Shown here: positions 1-8,788 of the stretch, piece after piece
Position numbering within the stretch: position 1 is the first letter of the stretch
How the letters are laid out: each line of letters begins with the position of its first letter
From: Candidatus Brocadiia bacterium
Lineage (GTDB): Bacteria; Planctomycetota; Brocadiia; CAIUPP01
DNA: 64,000 nucleotides
Reading direction: 5' to 3'
Assembly (NCBI GenBank): GCA_050015075.1
Contig: JBEKCB010000019.1
Span: 1 to 64,000, forward strand
Notes under the pieces: model-generated
What the model saw: the letters and a program-made list of their open reading frames with translations, nothing else
What the model was told of the DNA's origin: nothing
Databases searched by the model: none
Position numbers and translations under genes: made by a program

Positions 1-113
1 ATGAAAGACGGGCCGGCAAACCTTGCTCGGAGTTCAAGGCCGCTCTCACGGCCGCTTGAGTGGAAAGAGGATATGCCCTTCACTCCAATTTACACACAAG
101 AGTTGACACTACC
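1..113 (+). mobile_element. Probable right end of an IS256-family element (transposase C-terminal tail and terminal inverted repeat)
   Basis: 87-113 AATTTACACACAAGAGTTGACACTACC resembles IS256-type right ends (TTTACACA...TGACACTACC). An open frame running in from the window edge ends ...EFKAALTAA* at about 59. The rest of the element is outside the window. Confidence 0.45.
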
Positions 114-149
114 CCTCGCGAGGGCCGTCGTTTTATTTTTGACGCCCTC

Positions 150-210
150 TTGACATCGCCCGCGCGCTGTGCTAAGTAATACGTTGTGATACGTATTACG
201 TAGTAATATT
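150..210 (+). promoter_or_regulatory. Sigma70-type promoter with overlapping GTAWTAC operator array (site 1)
   Basis: TTGACA 150-155, TG 170-171, TAAGTA 173-178 (17-bp spacer). Heptamers GTAATAC 176, GTGATAC 186, GTATTAC 193, GTAATAT 203. Same layout recurs at 5649-5692. Confidence 0.75.
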
Positions 211-254
211 ACCCGGGCCTCGGCGCCTTGTCTCCTTGGGAAGGATCGCGAATT

Positions 255-2552
255 ATGACGCGGCTATGGAGCCTCATACTGGCGTCGCTGGTGCTCATGC
301 TTACATGCCTTCAGGCCGCGGCCGACGAACCGGCAAACGCCCCTTCACCGAACGCAAGCGTGCCGCCGACTGCCGCTCCGTCGGCTGGAACCACTAACGC
401 GCCCGCACCGCCCGTTGCGGCGCCATCGGCCGAAACGACCAACCCGCCCGCACGGGCAACGCCGCCGCCTCCGGAAACCGCCGAGAACGAGACGCAACTG
501 CCCGAGATCAGCATCTACGGCCGACTGGACCATGCCCGCAACCAGATCCTGCCGAGTCTGGGGGCAACCTCCTACTCAATCAATGAGACGCAACTTGACC
601 AGATGTCACAAGGGGCGAATGCGCCGATGAACCAGGTGCTCCTGCGCGCGCCCGGCGTGGCTGAGGATTCGTTCGGGGGGCTGCACGTCCGGGGCGAACA
701 CGCGAACCTGCAGTACCGCATCAACGGTGTCATCATACCGGAAGGCATCACCGTTTTCGGACAGGAGCTCGATGCGAGATTCGTGGAGAGCATGGCGCTG
801 ACGACCGGTTCGCTGCCGGCCGAATACGGCTATCGCACGGCGGGAATCGTGGACATTCACACCAAGACCGGCGTCATCGAGCCCGGCGGCGAAGTGGGCG
901 TGCAACTCGGCACGTACGACACGGTGCGGCCGTTCGTCGAGTACGGCGGTTCCGACGGAAAGGTGACTTACTTCCTGGATGCAAGCTACGATCAGAACGG
1001 CAACGGGATCGAGAATCCCACGGACACCGAGGTCGCCGACCACGATAACACGGAGCAGTACAAGCTTTTTTCATACCTGTCGTACGTCCTGGACGACTCG
1101 AGCCGGATCAGCCTGATGATCAGCGCGACTCATGAAGATTTTCAGATCCCCGACACGCCGGGCCTGCCGCCGGGCACGCAGCCCAACGGCAATCCATGGC
1201 TGCCCGGGACGTTCAATTCCTCTCATCTCAACGAGAACCAATACGAGCAGAACTATTACGCGATCTTGAGCTACCAGAAAACCTTCGGGGACCTGGATTA
1301 TCAAATCTCCGGGTTCGGCCGCTACAGCAGCGCCCATTTCGTCCCCGACTCCGTCGGCGACCTTTTCTTTAACGGGGTGGCCAGCGACGTTAATCGCATG
1401 CTTTCCTCCGGCGGCGTCCAGGGCGATGGCAGTTACAAGCTCAACGATCAGCACACCCTGCGAGGCGGAATCCTGGTCGTGGATGAACTTCTGACCTCGG
1501 ACACGACCACCACAGTCTTTCCGGTGGACGGCGCCGGCAACGAGACGGGGCCGGCATTCCCCATCACGGACAACAACCATTCGCAGGCCTTGTTCGCGGG
1601 CATGTATTTGCAGGATGAGTGGAAGGTCACACCCAAGGTCACGATCAACTACGGCGGCCGCTTTGATATCTTCAACTCTTCCTTCGATAACGAGTATCAG
1701 TTCAGCCCGCGCGTGAATACCATCTACAAGCCCACCGACACCACGACGCTCCACGCGGGCTATGCCCGCTATTTCACGCCGCCGCCCTTGGAAAACGTGC
1801 CGACCTCGGGGGTGACGATATTCAACGGCACGTCGAATGCATCCGCGGTAACGCTGGACACTCCCGTCAAGGCCGAAAGCTCGGATTATGTCGACGCCGG
1901 GATTACTCACAAGTTCCTTCCCGGATTGCAGGGAGGCGTGGACGCCTATTACAAATGGGCCCACGAACAGATTGACGACGGTTTGTTCGGGCAGACGCTC
2001 ATTCCGTCCGCGTTCAACTATGAGAAGGGACAGGTTTATGGCGTGGAATTCGCAGGGTCGTATATCCAGGGCGGCCTGTCAACCTATGCCAACGTTGCGC
2101 TCTCCCAGGCAAAGGGCGAGAATTGGGACTCGGCCCAGTTTCTGTTCAATCCCGCCCAGTTGGCTTATGTCAAGAACAATTGGATCTATCTGGATCACGA
2201 CCAGAGCGTAACCGCCTCCGTCGGCGCTTCTTACACGTGGAAGAAAACGTTTGGCGGCGGCACGATGGCGTATGCCGACGTGCTTTTCGGAACCGGCCTG
2301 AGAGCGGATGAGGTGACCTCCAGCGGCGAAGTCATACCCAACGGCGATCATGTCCCCAGTTACTACTCCGCGAATGTGGGCGTGGAGCAGAAGTTCAAAG
2401 TGCACGACAAGCAATTCGTGAAGGTCCGTCTGGACATCGTGAACGTGACCGACAATTCGTACGAACTGCGCAACGGCACCGGCGTCGGCGTCAACGCCGC
2501 GCAATATGGCGCGCGGCGCGGCTTCTTCCTCACGCTGGCTTATGACTTTTAA
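255..2552 (+). CDS. TonB-dependent outer membrane receptor (probably metal uptake)
   Basis: Signal peptide, Pro/Ala/Thr linker, plug motif (HVRGEHANLQYRINGV...PAEYG...GIVDI), barrel motifs (YLQDEWK, NYGGRFD, FSPRV), C-terminal Phe; followed by tonB/exbB/exbD. ATG 255 preferred to TTG 228. Confidence 0.92.
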   Translation: MTRLWSLILASLVLMLTCLQAAADEPANAPSPNASVPPTAAPSAGTTNAPAPPVAAPSAETTNPPARATPPPPETAENETQLPEISIYGRLDHARNQILPSLGATSYSINETQLDQMSQGANAPMNQVLLRAPGVAEDSFGGLHVRGEHANLQYRINGVIIPEGITVFGQELDARFVESMALTTGSLPAEYGYRTAGIVDIHTKTGVIEPGGEVGVQLGTYDTVRPFVEYGGSDGKVTYFLDASYDQNGNGIENPTDTEVADHDNTEQYKLFSYLSYVLDDSSRISLMISATHEDFQIPDTPGLPPGTQPNGNPWLPGTFNSSHLNENQYEQNYYAILSYQKTFGDLDYQISGFGRYSSAHFVPDSVGDLFFNGVASDVNRMLSSGGVQGDGSYKLNDQHTLRGGILVVDELLTSDTTTTVFPVDGAGNETGPAFPITDNNHSQALFAGMYLQDEWKVTPKVTINYGGRFDIFNSSFDNEYQFSPRVNTIYKPTDTTTLHAGYARYFTPPPLENVPTSGVTIFNGTSNASAVTLDTPVKAESSDYVDAGITHKFLPGLQGGVDAYYKWAHEQIDDGLFGQTLIPSAFNYEKGQVYGVEFAGSYIQGGLSTYANVALSQAKGENWDSAQFLFNPAQLAYVKNNWIYLDHDQSVTASVGASYTWKKTFGGGTMAYADVLFGTGLRADEVTSSGEVIPNGDHVPSYYSANVGVEQKFKVHDKQFVKVRLDIVNVTDNSYELRNGTGVGVNAAQYGARRGFFLTLAYDF

Positions 2553-2568
2553 AGGACTCCGCTGCGAC

Positions 2569-3381
2569 ATGGAACTGAGCCGCAATTCGAAAACGATGAC
2601 TGACAAAGCGGCTATCGCCGCTGCGGAGGCCGACCTCTCGCAATTCTGCTTGGAGCCGGACCCTGCGGAGCCGAACCGCGTGCTGGCCTGGGTGAATTCC
2701 ATCTGCTTCATCTTCCTGGTGATCGGCGCACTAGGTCTCAAGCCGGCGGCGCCGGTCATCCATAGGGCGGCATCCGCCGGACTGGAAGCTGCGCCGACGG
2801 TCATCGAACCGCTGGTCACCACGGCCCAGACCGATGCCCCCAATCCTATTCCCAACGAGGCGCCGAGCGAGAAACCCGAAGAGAACAACGCGGCGGTCAT
2901 GGTGGCTTTGGATTCACCGGCCGTCGCGTTTTCCGTGCCGACGATCGGAAATCTTCTCGTGCCGCTGGCCATGGCTCCGGCGCCGCCGCCGAAGCCCATG
3001 GAAAGCGTCCAACCGCTCAGCGCGCCGCCCCGCGAACCGCTCGGCGCGTCCGATGCCGGAGCCGGCCGCCCGCCGCTTCCGCCGATGGTGCAACTGCCGC
3101 GCGTCGAGCAGATCAGGGCGACCGGGCTTGAGGGCAATCGTCCTGCGCCGCCTTATCCCGAGGAGTCGCTGGCGAACCGGGAAGAGGGCCGCGTGGTGCT
3201 GCTTATCGAAGTGGATGAATCCGGGAAGATCACTTCCGTAACGGTCAAGACTTCCTCCGGCCATCCGCAACTGGATTACGCGACCGCCGATTACGTGAAG
3301 CGGCACTGGCTTTTCGACTCCGCCGATCACCCGCGGAAGTTCGAAGCGCCGATTTCTTTTCACCTGACTGAGAATCAATAA
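2569..3381 (+). CDS. tonB: Energy transducer TonB family protein
   Basis: N-terminal TM, Pro-rich spacer, TonB_C motif PPYPEESLANREEGRVVLLIEVDESG...SSGHPQLD. Start uncertain (2569 or 2596). Confidence 0.85.
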   Translation: MELSRNSKTMTDKAAIAAAEADLSQFCLEPDPAEPNRVLAWVNSICFIFLVIGALGLKPAAPVIHRAASAGLEAAPTVIEPLVTTAQTDAPNPIPNEAPSEKPEENNAAVMVALDSPAVAFSVPTIGNLLVPLAMAPAPPPKPMESVQPLSAPPREPLGASDAGAGRPPLPPMVQLPRVEQIRATGLEGNRPAPPYPEESLANREEGRVVLLIEVDESGKITSVTVKTSSGHPQLDYATADYVKRHWLFDSADHPRKFEAPISFHLTENQ

Positions 3382-3400
3382 CCGGAGGAGAACATCTATC

Positions 3401-4045
3401 ATGGGAAATAATGTCGTTTCGCTCTTTCTGAAGGGCGGCCCGGTGATGTGGCCGATTCTGCTGTGCGCCTTGATCGCGGCGGCGGTTGTCGGCGAGCGCA
3501 CTTTCTGGTGGTGGTACGAATCGCGGCTGCGGGACCACAACGCGCTATTGAAGATCATGGATGCCCTGCATAAAGGCAACGTCAACGAGGCCGCCGGCTT
3601 GTCCAAGGGCTCCCGCGACCCGGTGATCCAGATGGTGTATCAGGGCCTGAGCGAACACGATTCGTGCTTCCAGGTCGCGATGCAGACCGCCGCGGGCGCC
3701 GTGCTGCGGCGCGCAGGCCGGTTTCTCCCGGTCATGGACACGCTGGTGACGCTGGCGCCGCTGCTGGGGCTGCTGGGGACGGTGACCGGGATCATGCGCT
3801 CGTTCACCTCCATCGGCAGCGCGGAGCTGGCCGTCGGCAAGGTCACCGGCGGCATCGGCGAGGCGCTGATCGCCACCGCCTGCGGCCTGTGCATCGCTAT
3901 CGTCTCACTGGTGCCGCTGAACTACTTCGGCGGGAAGGTGGCGGAATTGCAGTACGAACTGGAAACCAGCGCCTCGAACGTCGAGGTGCAGCTTAACCGC
4001 ATCCAAAGCCGTTCGCGCCAGGCCGACAATTCGAGCCGAGTTTAA
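3401..4045 (+). CDS. exbB: MotA/TolQ/ExbB proton channel protein
   Basis: GGPVMWPI, APLLGLLGTVTGIMRSF, GIGEALIATACGL; RBS GGAGGA upstream. Confidence 0.93.
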   Translation: MGNNVVSLFLKGGPVMWPILLCALIAAAVVGERTFWWWYESRLRDHNALLKIMDALHKGNVNEAAGLSKGSRDPVIQMVYQGLSEHDSCFQVAMQTAAGAVLRRAGRFLPVMDTLVTLAPLLGLLGTVTGIMRSFTSIGSAELAVGKVTGGIGEALIATACGLCIAIVSLVPLNYFGGKVAELQYELETSASNVEVQLNRIQSRSRQADNSSRV

Positions 4046-4076
4046 ATAACCGCGGCGCCGGCCGCAGGCGGGAACC

Positions 4077-4514
4077 ATGCGCATTCAGCCACCGACGCAT
4101 CGCAAGCACGCGCGGATCGAGATCATCCCGCTGATTGACATCATGTTTTTTCTGCTGGCCTCCTTCATGATGGTCAGCCTGGACATGACGAAGATCGAGA
4201 ACATCCGAGTGAACGTCCCTTCCGCCACCCAGGTGCAGAGCGACTTCGGCGCGGACTTGGTCCACATCGCGGTGGACAAGGACGGGAAGTGCTGGGTGGA
4301 GAAGCAGCCGATCGCGCTGCCCGATTTGTTCACGCTGCTGCAGAACCGGTTCCATCAGAACGCGCAACTGCCCGTTTACATCGGCGGCGACGCGGACACG
4401 CGCCACGGCGACATGGCGGCGGTGCTCGACCTCGTGCGCAGGGCGGGAATACAGAAGGTCGCATTCACCGTCACCGCCGAGGCGACGCCCGCTTCGGCCG
4501 GCGCGGGCGGCTGA
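4077..4514 (+). CDS. exbD: Biopolymer transporter ExbD (copy 1)
   Basis: IEIIPLIDIMFFLLASFMM TM with the conserved Asp; VYIGGD...VLDLVRRAGIQKVAF. Confidence 0.92.
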   Translation: MRIQPPTHRKHARIEIIPLIDIMFFLLASFMMVSLDMTKIENIRVNVPSATQVQSDFGADLVHIAVDKDGKCWVEKQPIALPDLFTLLQNRFHQNAQLPVYIGGDADTRHGDMAAVLDLVRRAGIQKVAFTVTAEATPASAGAGG

Positions 4515-4532
4515 TTCGCCCGTGGAGCTGCC

Positions 4533-4952
4533 ATGAAAATACTCTCGCCATTGCCCCGCAAGCGAGGACGGCTGGAGATCATCCCGCTGATAGATATCAT
4601 GTTCTTTCTGCTGGCTTCCTTCATGATGGTCAGCCTGACGATGCAGCATCTCATGAGCATCAGCGTCAGCCTGCCGACGGCCACGCAGGCGAAGTCCACC
4701 GCCAAGCCCGACATGATCGTCCTGACCGTTGACCGCTTCGGGCAGGTGTCCATGGACGGAAAGGCCATCTCGTTTCCCGACTTGTCCGCCCTGCTGAGCC
4801 AGCGCGCGGCCGCCGACCCGAATTATCCCGTATACATCCAGGGGCAGAAAGAAACCACTCACGCGTCCATGATCTACGTGCTCGACTTCGTGAAGCGCGC
4901 CGGCATCCAAAAAGTTGCCTTCTCCGTCAAACTCGCGCCATCCAACTTCTGA
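4533..4952 (+). CDS. exbD: Biopolymer transporter ExbD (copy 2)
   Basis: LEIIPLIDIMFFLLASFMM; VSLPTA; VLDFVKRAGIQKVAF. Confidence 0.92.
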   Translation: MKILSPLPRKRGRLEIIPLIDIMFFLLASFMMVSLTMQHLMSISVSLPTATQAKSTAKPDMIVLTVDRFGQVSMDGKAISFPDLSALLSQRAAADPNYPVYIQGQKETTHASMIYVLDFVKRAGIQKVAFSVKLAPSNF

Positions 4953-4960
4953 AGGCCACT

Positions 4961-5590
4961 ATGAAAAACCCGCTTCAATCCCTACTGATCGTCCTGGCCA
5001 TCGCCCTTTGCGGGCTCTGCACCTGGCAATGGTACGGCCAGATGCTGCAGCAGAAAAGGATGGACGCACTGGCCCAATCCAACTACGATCAGTCCGTGGC
5101 GATCCAAGGCTACGTGAGCTCGGTCAAGAAGATGGACGACCAGATCGCCCAGATGGACGCCCGCCTCACCGACCTGAGGGCCACCGTCAGCAGCGATGAC
5201 GACGTGATCTCGAAGCTGCGCGCCGAGAATACCCGCCTGACCGGTTCGGTCGAGCAGTATTCCAAAGTCCTCGCCGAGTTGGAAAGCCGTCTCAAGCAGG
5301 CGGACGAGGCGATCCGCCGCCAGGCCGACTCCCTGAAGGCCCTGGTGCAGGAGCGCGACGACTATGCCGACCGGCTGAACCAGAGCATCAAGGAACGCAA
5401 CGACACCGTCACGAAGTACAACGCCCTGGTGAAAGACTTCGAGACGGCGCAGAACGAACGCAACGACGTCGTCACGAAGTATAACGCGCTGGTGAAGCAG
5501 ATGGAGGCGTTGCAGAAGGAGCGCAACGACATCGTGGCCCAGTACAACGCGCTGGCGAAACAGCTCGAGGCGGCCCAGGCCGCAAAGTAG
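4961..5590 (+). CDS. Membrane-anchored coiled-coil protein with three 21-aa C-terminal repeats
   Basis: N-terminal hydrophobic anchor, heptad pattern, three ERNDxVxxYNALxK units; 8 bp after the second exbD. Confidence 0.8.
   Translation: MKNPLQSLLIVLAIALCGLCTWQWYGQMLQQKRMDALAQSNYDQSVAIQGYVSSVKKMDDQIAQMDARLTDLRATVSSDDDVISKLRAENTRLTGSVEQYSKVLAELESRLKQADEAIRRQADSLKALVQERDDYADRLNQSIKERNDTVTKYNALVKDFETAQNERNDVVTKYNALVKQMEALQKERNDIVAQYNALAKQLEAAQAAK
5393..5581 (+). repeat. Intragenic tandem repeat, 3 x 63 bp
   Basis: GARCGCAACGAC...TAYAACGCSCTGG units start at 5393, 5456 and 5519. Confidence 0.85.
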
Positions 5591-5648
5591 CCGCCCGGGG
5601 CGAGGCGATCAGCGCGCTCTCCTGCCATTCCTGCCCATGGGCGCCTTC

Positions 5649-5692
5649 TTGACATGCGCTGTGCCGTATGTTACGTATTACTGTGTAATATT
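5649..5692 (+). promoter_or_regulatory. Sigma70-type promoter with overlapping GTAWTAC operator (site 2)
   Basis: TTGACA 5649-5654, TG 5669-5670, TACGTA 5672-5677; GTATTAC 5675 and GTAATAT 5685. TACGTATTAC-N3-GTAATATT is identical to 190-210 apart from the N3. Confidence 0.75.
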
Positions 5693-5709
5693 TTTTGCAG
5701 GAGACGGCC

Positions 5710-7047
5710 ATGAAATTCATCGTGACGGCCTGTGTGGCTGGCGCGCTTGCGGCGCTGCCGGCGGCCTTCGGCCAGACGGCGGATGAGAAGCCGGCCCGGA
5801 TCAACGTGCTGGCCGCGGAGACGTTCATGGCGGACATCGCGCAGAACGTCGCCGGCGACCGGCTGCGCGTCGAGTCCATGATGTCGTTCGGCGTGGACCC
5901 GCACACCTACGAACCGTCGCCCGGCGATATCCGCAAGGTGGCGCGCTGCCAGGTGCTCATCGTGAACGGCGCAGGCTATGAAGAGTTTCAGGAGCGGCTG
6001 CTGCAGAACGCCGGCGGGGAACATTTCGTGATCGTGGCCTCCAAGGGCCTCACCAGCCGGAACGCCCGCGAGGGCGAAGTCGCGGAGATGAGCAACGAGG
6101 ACGCCGCCGAGGCGATAACCTCCTCCGCCGCCGGCCTGAAGCCGCAGCCGGTCGCCGCCGGGAAGGACGCCGCATCCGCGGCAGCCCTGCCCGAGGAATC
6201 GGGCCTGTTCACGGTCAAGCTGGTGAAGATGGCCGACGGTTCCTTCGGCGGATTCATCGCTTACGCGACGGATGAGACCGCCGATTTCCAGATCGCGGTC
6301 GGCGCAGGTGAAGCCAGGGTGCTCAAGGCCGGCGGCGCCGAAGCGAAGCCGGCCGAAAAGACGCTGTCGCTCAACGGCCCCGCTCTCAAGCGCGGATACG
6401 TCGTCGAGCTGGCGAAGGGCGATAAATACGTCCTGGCTTTGACCGGCTTCGGGTCGCCCGAGACGCCGCTGCTCATCGGCGCGTTCGGCGAAGCGCCCCT
6501 CCGCGGCGATCCGCACTTCTGGCTCGATCCGACCAACGTCATCCGCTACGTCCGCAACATCCGCGACGGGCTGAGCCAGGCCGATCCGGCCGGCGCGGCG
6601 ATCTACGCCGGAAATGCCAAAACCTACACCGCCGAACTGGAGAAGCTCGACGCCTGGGTCAAGGAGCAGGTCGCCCGCGTGCCGCCGGACCGCCGGATGC
6701 TCGTGACGAGCCACGACTGCTTCGGCTATTTCGCCGACCACTACGGCTTCCGGGTCATCGGCACGATCGTCCCCAGCGTGAGCACGGAGGCCGCGCCGTC
6801 GGCCCGGCAGATCGCCCGGCTGGTGGACCGCGTCCGCGCCGCTCACGCGCCGGCGATCTTCGTCGAACCTGAAACGAACCCGCAGTTGGCGCAGCAAGTC
6901 GCACGGGAGACCGGCGTGAAGGTCGTCATGGACCTCTACCTGGAGACTCTCTCTGATCAGGACGGCCCGGCGCCGACCTATATGAAAATGATGCGACATA
7001 ACGTGACGCGGATCGTCACCACACTGTTGGAGGGCGCCCCGAAATGA
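5710..7047 (+). CDS. znuA: Zn/Mn ABC transporter solute-binding protein (ZnuA/TroA family) with a ~150-aa insertion
   Basis: GVDPHTYEPSP, VNGAGYE, GDPHFWLDP, VTSHDCFGYFA, YLETL; cleavable signal peptide; RBS AGGAG. Metal specificity not proven. Confidence 0.88.
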   Translation: MKFIVTACVAGALAALPAAFGQTADEKPARINVLAAETFMADIAQNVAGDRLRVESMMSFGVDPHTYEPSPGDIRKVARCQVLIVNGAGYEEFQERLLQNAGGEHFVIVASKGLTSRNAREGEVAEMSNEDAAEAITSSAAGLKPQPVAAGKDAASAAALPEESGLFTVKLVKMADGSFGGFIAYATDETADFQIAVGAGEARVLKAGGAEAKPAEKTLSLNGPALKRGYVVELAKGDKYVLALTGFGSPETPLLIGAFGEAPLRGDPHFWLDPTNVIRYVRNIRDGLSQADPAGAAIYAGNAKTYTAELEKLDAWVKEQVARVPPDRRMLVTSHDCFGYFADHYGFRVIGTIVPSVSTEAAPSARQIARLVDRVRAAHAPAIFVEPETNPQLAQQVARETGVKVVMDLYLETLSDQDGPAPTYMKMMRHNVTRIVTTLLEGAPK

Positions 7048-7847
7048 AAGGCGCGACCGTCGCTGTGCCGCCGTCAGCGGAAACCGCCATGATCGAACTG
7101 GAAGGGCTCACCGTAAGGTACGACGGCAAGCCAGCGATCGAGGATCTGAACGTGCAGATTCCGGCCGGCGAGCGCGTGGCGCTCGTGGGGCCGAACGGCG
7201 CCGGGAAGTCCACTCTCTTCAAGGCCATCATCGGCCTTCTGCCGTTCCAGGGCTGCGTGCTGATCCACGGGCTGCCTTACGGCGACCACCAGGACTGCGT
7301 CGCCTACGTTCCGCAGCGCGAGGAGGTGGATTGGCGGTTCCCCGTGACGGTCACCGACGTCGTGATGATGGGCCGCTACGGACGGTTCGGCCGTCTGAGT
7401 TGGCCGCGCCGCGAGGACAAGGACGCCGTCGCGCGCGGCCTGGAGGAGATGGGCATCGCCGACCTCGCCGACCGGCCCATCTCGATGCTGTCGGGCGGTC
7501 AGCAGCAGCGGGTCTTCCTCGCGCGCGCGCTCGCCCAGGACCCGCACGTCATTCTCCTTGATGAGCCGTTCACGGGCGTGGACGTTCCGACTCAGCGGGC
7601 CACGCTCGCCCTCCTCGAGCGGCTGCACGCCCGCGGCGTCACCGTCTTCGCCTCCACGCACGATCTCGACCTCGCCGCGTCGCAATTCGAGCGCGTGCTG
7701 CTCATCAACGGCACGGTCATCGCCTGCGGCAAGCCGGCGGAGGTCTTCACGCACGAGAACGTCACCCGCGCATTCCAGGGAAAAGTCCTGATGGTCGGCG
7801 GCGCGATCGTCGTGGACCACTGTTATTCGCCCCATCTGCACGAGTAG
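7044..7847 (+). CDS. znuC: Metal ABC transporter ATP-binding protein
   Basis: GPNGAGKST, AYVPQ, LSGGQQQRVFLARAL, LLDEPF, STHD; His/Cys tail DHCYSPHLHE. Confidence 0.9.
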   Translation: MKGATVAVPPSAETAMIELEGLTVRYDGKPAIEDLNVQIPAGERVALVGPNGAGKSTLFKAIIGLLPFQGCVLIHGLPYGDHQDCVAYVPQREEVDWRFPVTVTDVVMMGRYGRFGRLSWPRREDKDAVARGLEEMGIADLADRPISMLSGGQQQRVFLARALAQDPHVILLDEPFTGVDVPTQRATLALLERLHARGVTVFASTHDLDLAASQFERVLLINGTVIACGKPAEVFTHENVTRAFQGKVLMVGGAIVVDHCYSPHLHE

Positions 7848-7861
7848 GAGACCCCCCAACG

Positions 7862-8752
7862 ATGGCGTGGATTCCGCACGCGCTGCACTTTCTGGCGACC
7901 TGCATCCGGGAACCGCTGCAATATCCGTTCATGGTGCGCGCCCTCCTGGCCGGCATGATCGTCGGCGTGCTGTGCGCGGTCATCGGGTGCTACGTTGTGC
8001 TTCGCTCCATGGCATTCCTGGGCGACGCGATGGCCCACGCCATTCTGCCGGGCGTGGCGGTGGCGTGCCTTCTCGGAAAAGATCTCGCCTACGGAGCGCT
8101 CGTCGCGGCGCTCACGGTGGCGCTGGGGCTGAGTTTCTTCACGCGGCGCGGCACGGTCAAGGAGGACACGGCAATCGGCATCCTGTTCGCCGGCGCCTTC
8201 TCGCTCGGAGTGGCCCTCATCAGCACGATGAAGTCCTACGCGGCGCGCAATCTGACGGAGATCCTGTTCGGCAACATCCTCGGCGTGGCGCCGAAGGACC
8301 TCTGGCGGCTCGCCATACTGGCCGTCATCGTGCTGAGCGCCATCCTCCTGTACTACCGGGAGTTCCTGGTGATCTCGTTCGACCCGATCTTGGCGCTGAC
8401 GCTGAAGCTGAAGACGGAGCGGCTGCAACTGCTCATGTTCGTCCTGCTGGCGCTGACGATCGTCGTATCGCTTCAGACGGTCGGCGTCGGCCTGGCCGCG
8501 GGTATGCTCGTCACGCCGGGCGCGGCGGCCTATCTGCTGGCGAGGCGGCTTCCGAGAATGATGGCGATCGCCGCGGTCATCGGCGTCGTATCGAGCGTCG
8601 TCGGCGCCTATGCGAGCTACTGGTTCGACGTCGCCTCCGGCGCGGCGATCGTCCTGGCGGCCACCGGGATTTTCTTCCTGGCATTTCTCTTCGCGCCGGG
8701 CCGCGGACTGGTGTGGCAGCGCGCTTCGGGCCGCAAGGCCCGCCGCGCATGA
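7862..8752 (+). CDS. znuB: Metal ABC transporter permease (ABC-3 family)
   Basis: FMVRAL, GDAMAHAILPGVA, EDTAIGI, LFGNIL, SFDP; multiple TMs. Confidence 0.9.
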   Translation: MAWIPHALHFLATCIREPLQYPFMVRALLAGMIVGVLCAVIGCYVVLRSMAFLGDAMAHAILPGVAVACLLGKDLAYGALVAALTVALGLSFFTRRGTVKEDTAIGILFAGAFSLGVALISTMKSYAARNLTEILFGNILGVAPKDLWRLAILAVIVLSAILLYYREFLVISFDPILALTLKLKTERLQLLMFVLLALTIVVSLQTVGVGLAAGMLVTPGAAAYLLARRLPRMMAIAAVIGVVSSVVGAYASYWFDVASGAAIVLAATGIFFLAFLFAPGRGLVWQRASGRKARRA

Positions 8753-8788
8753 GGCGAACGCAAGTGTTGGAACCCTGGAGGCTGTTTC

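Noticed and set aside
176-212. Zur/Fur box reading of the AT-rich operator
   Set aside because: It shares GTAAT/ATTAC words with Bacillus-type Zur boxes, but the element common to both promoters is TATTAC-N3-GTAATA, not GTAAT-N-ATTAC. Disfavoured but not excluded.
5393-5581. 63-bp periodicity as a CRISPR array
   Set aside because: In-frame coding repeat with no unique spacers; no cas genes in the window.
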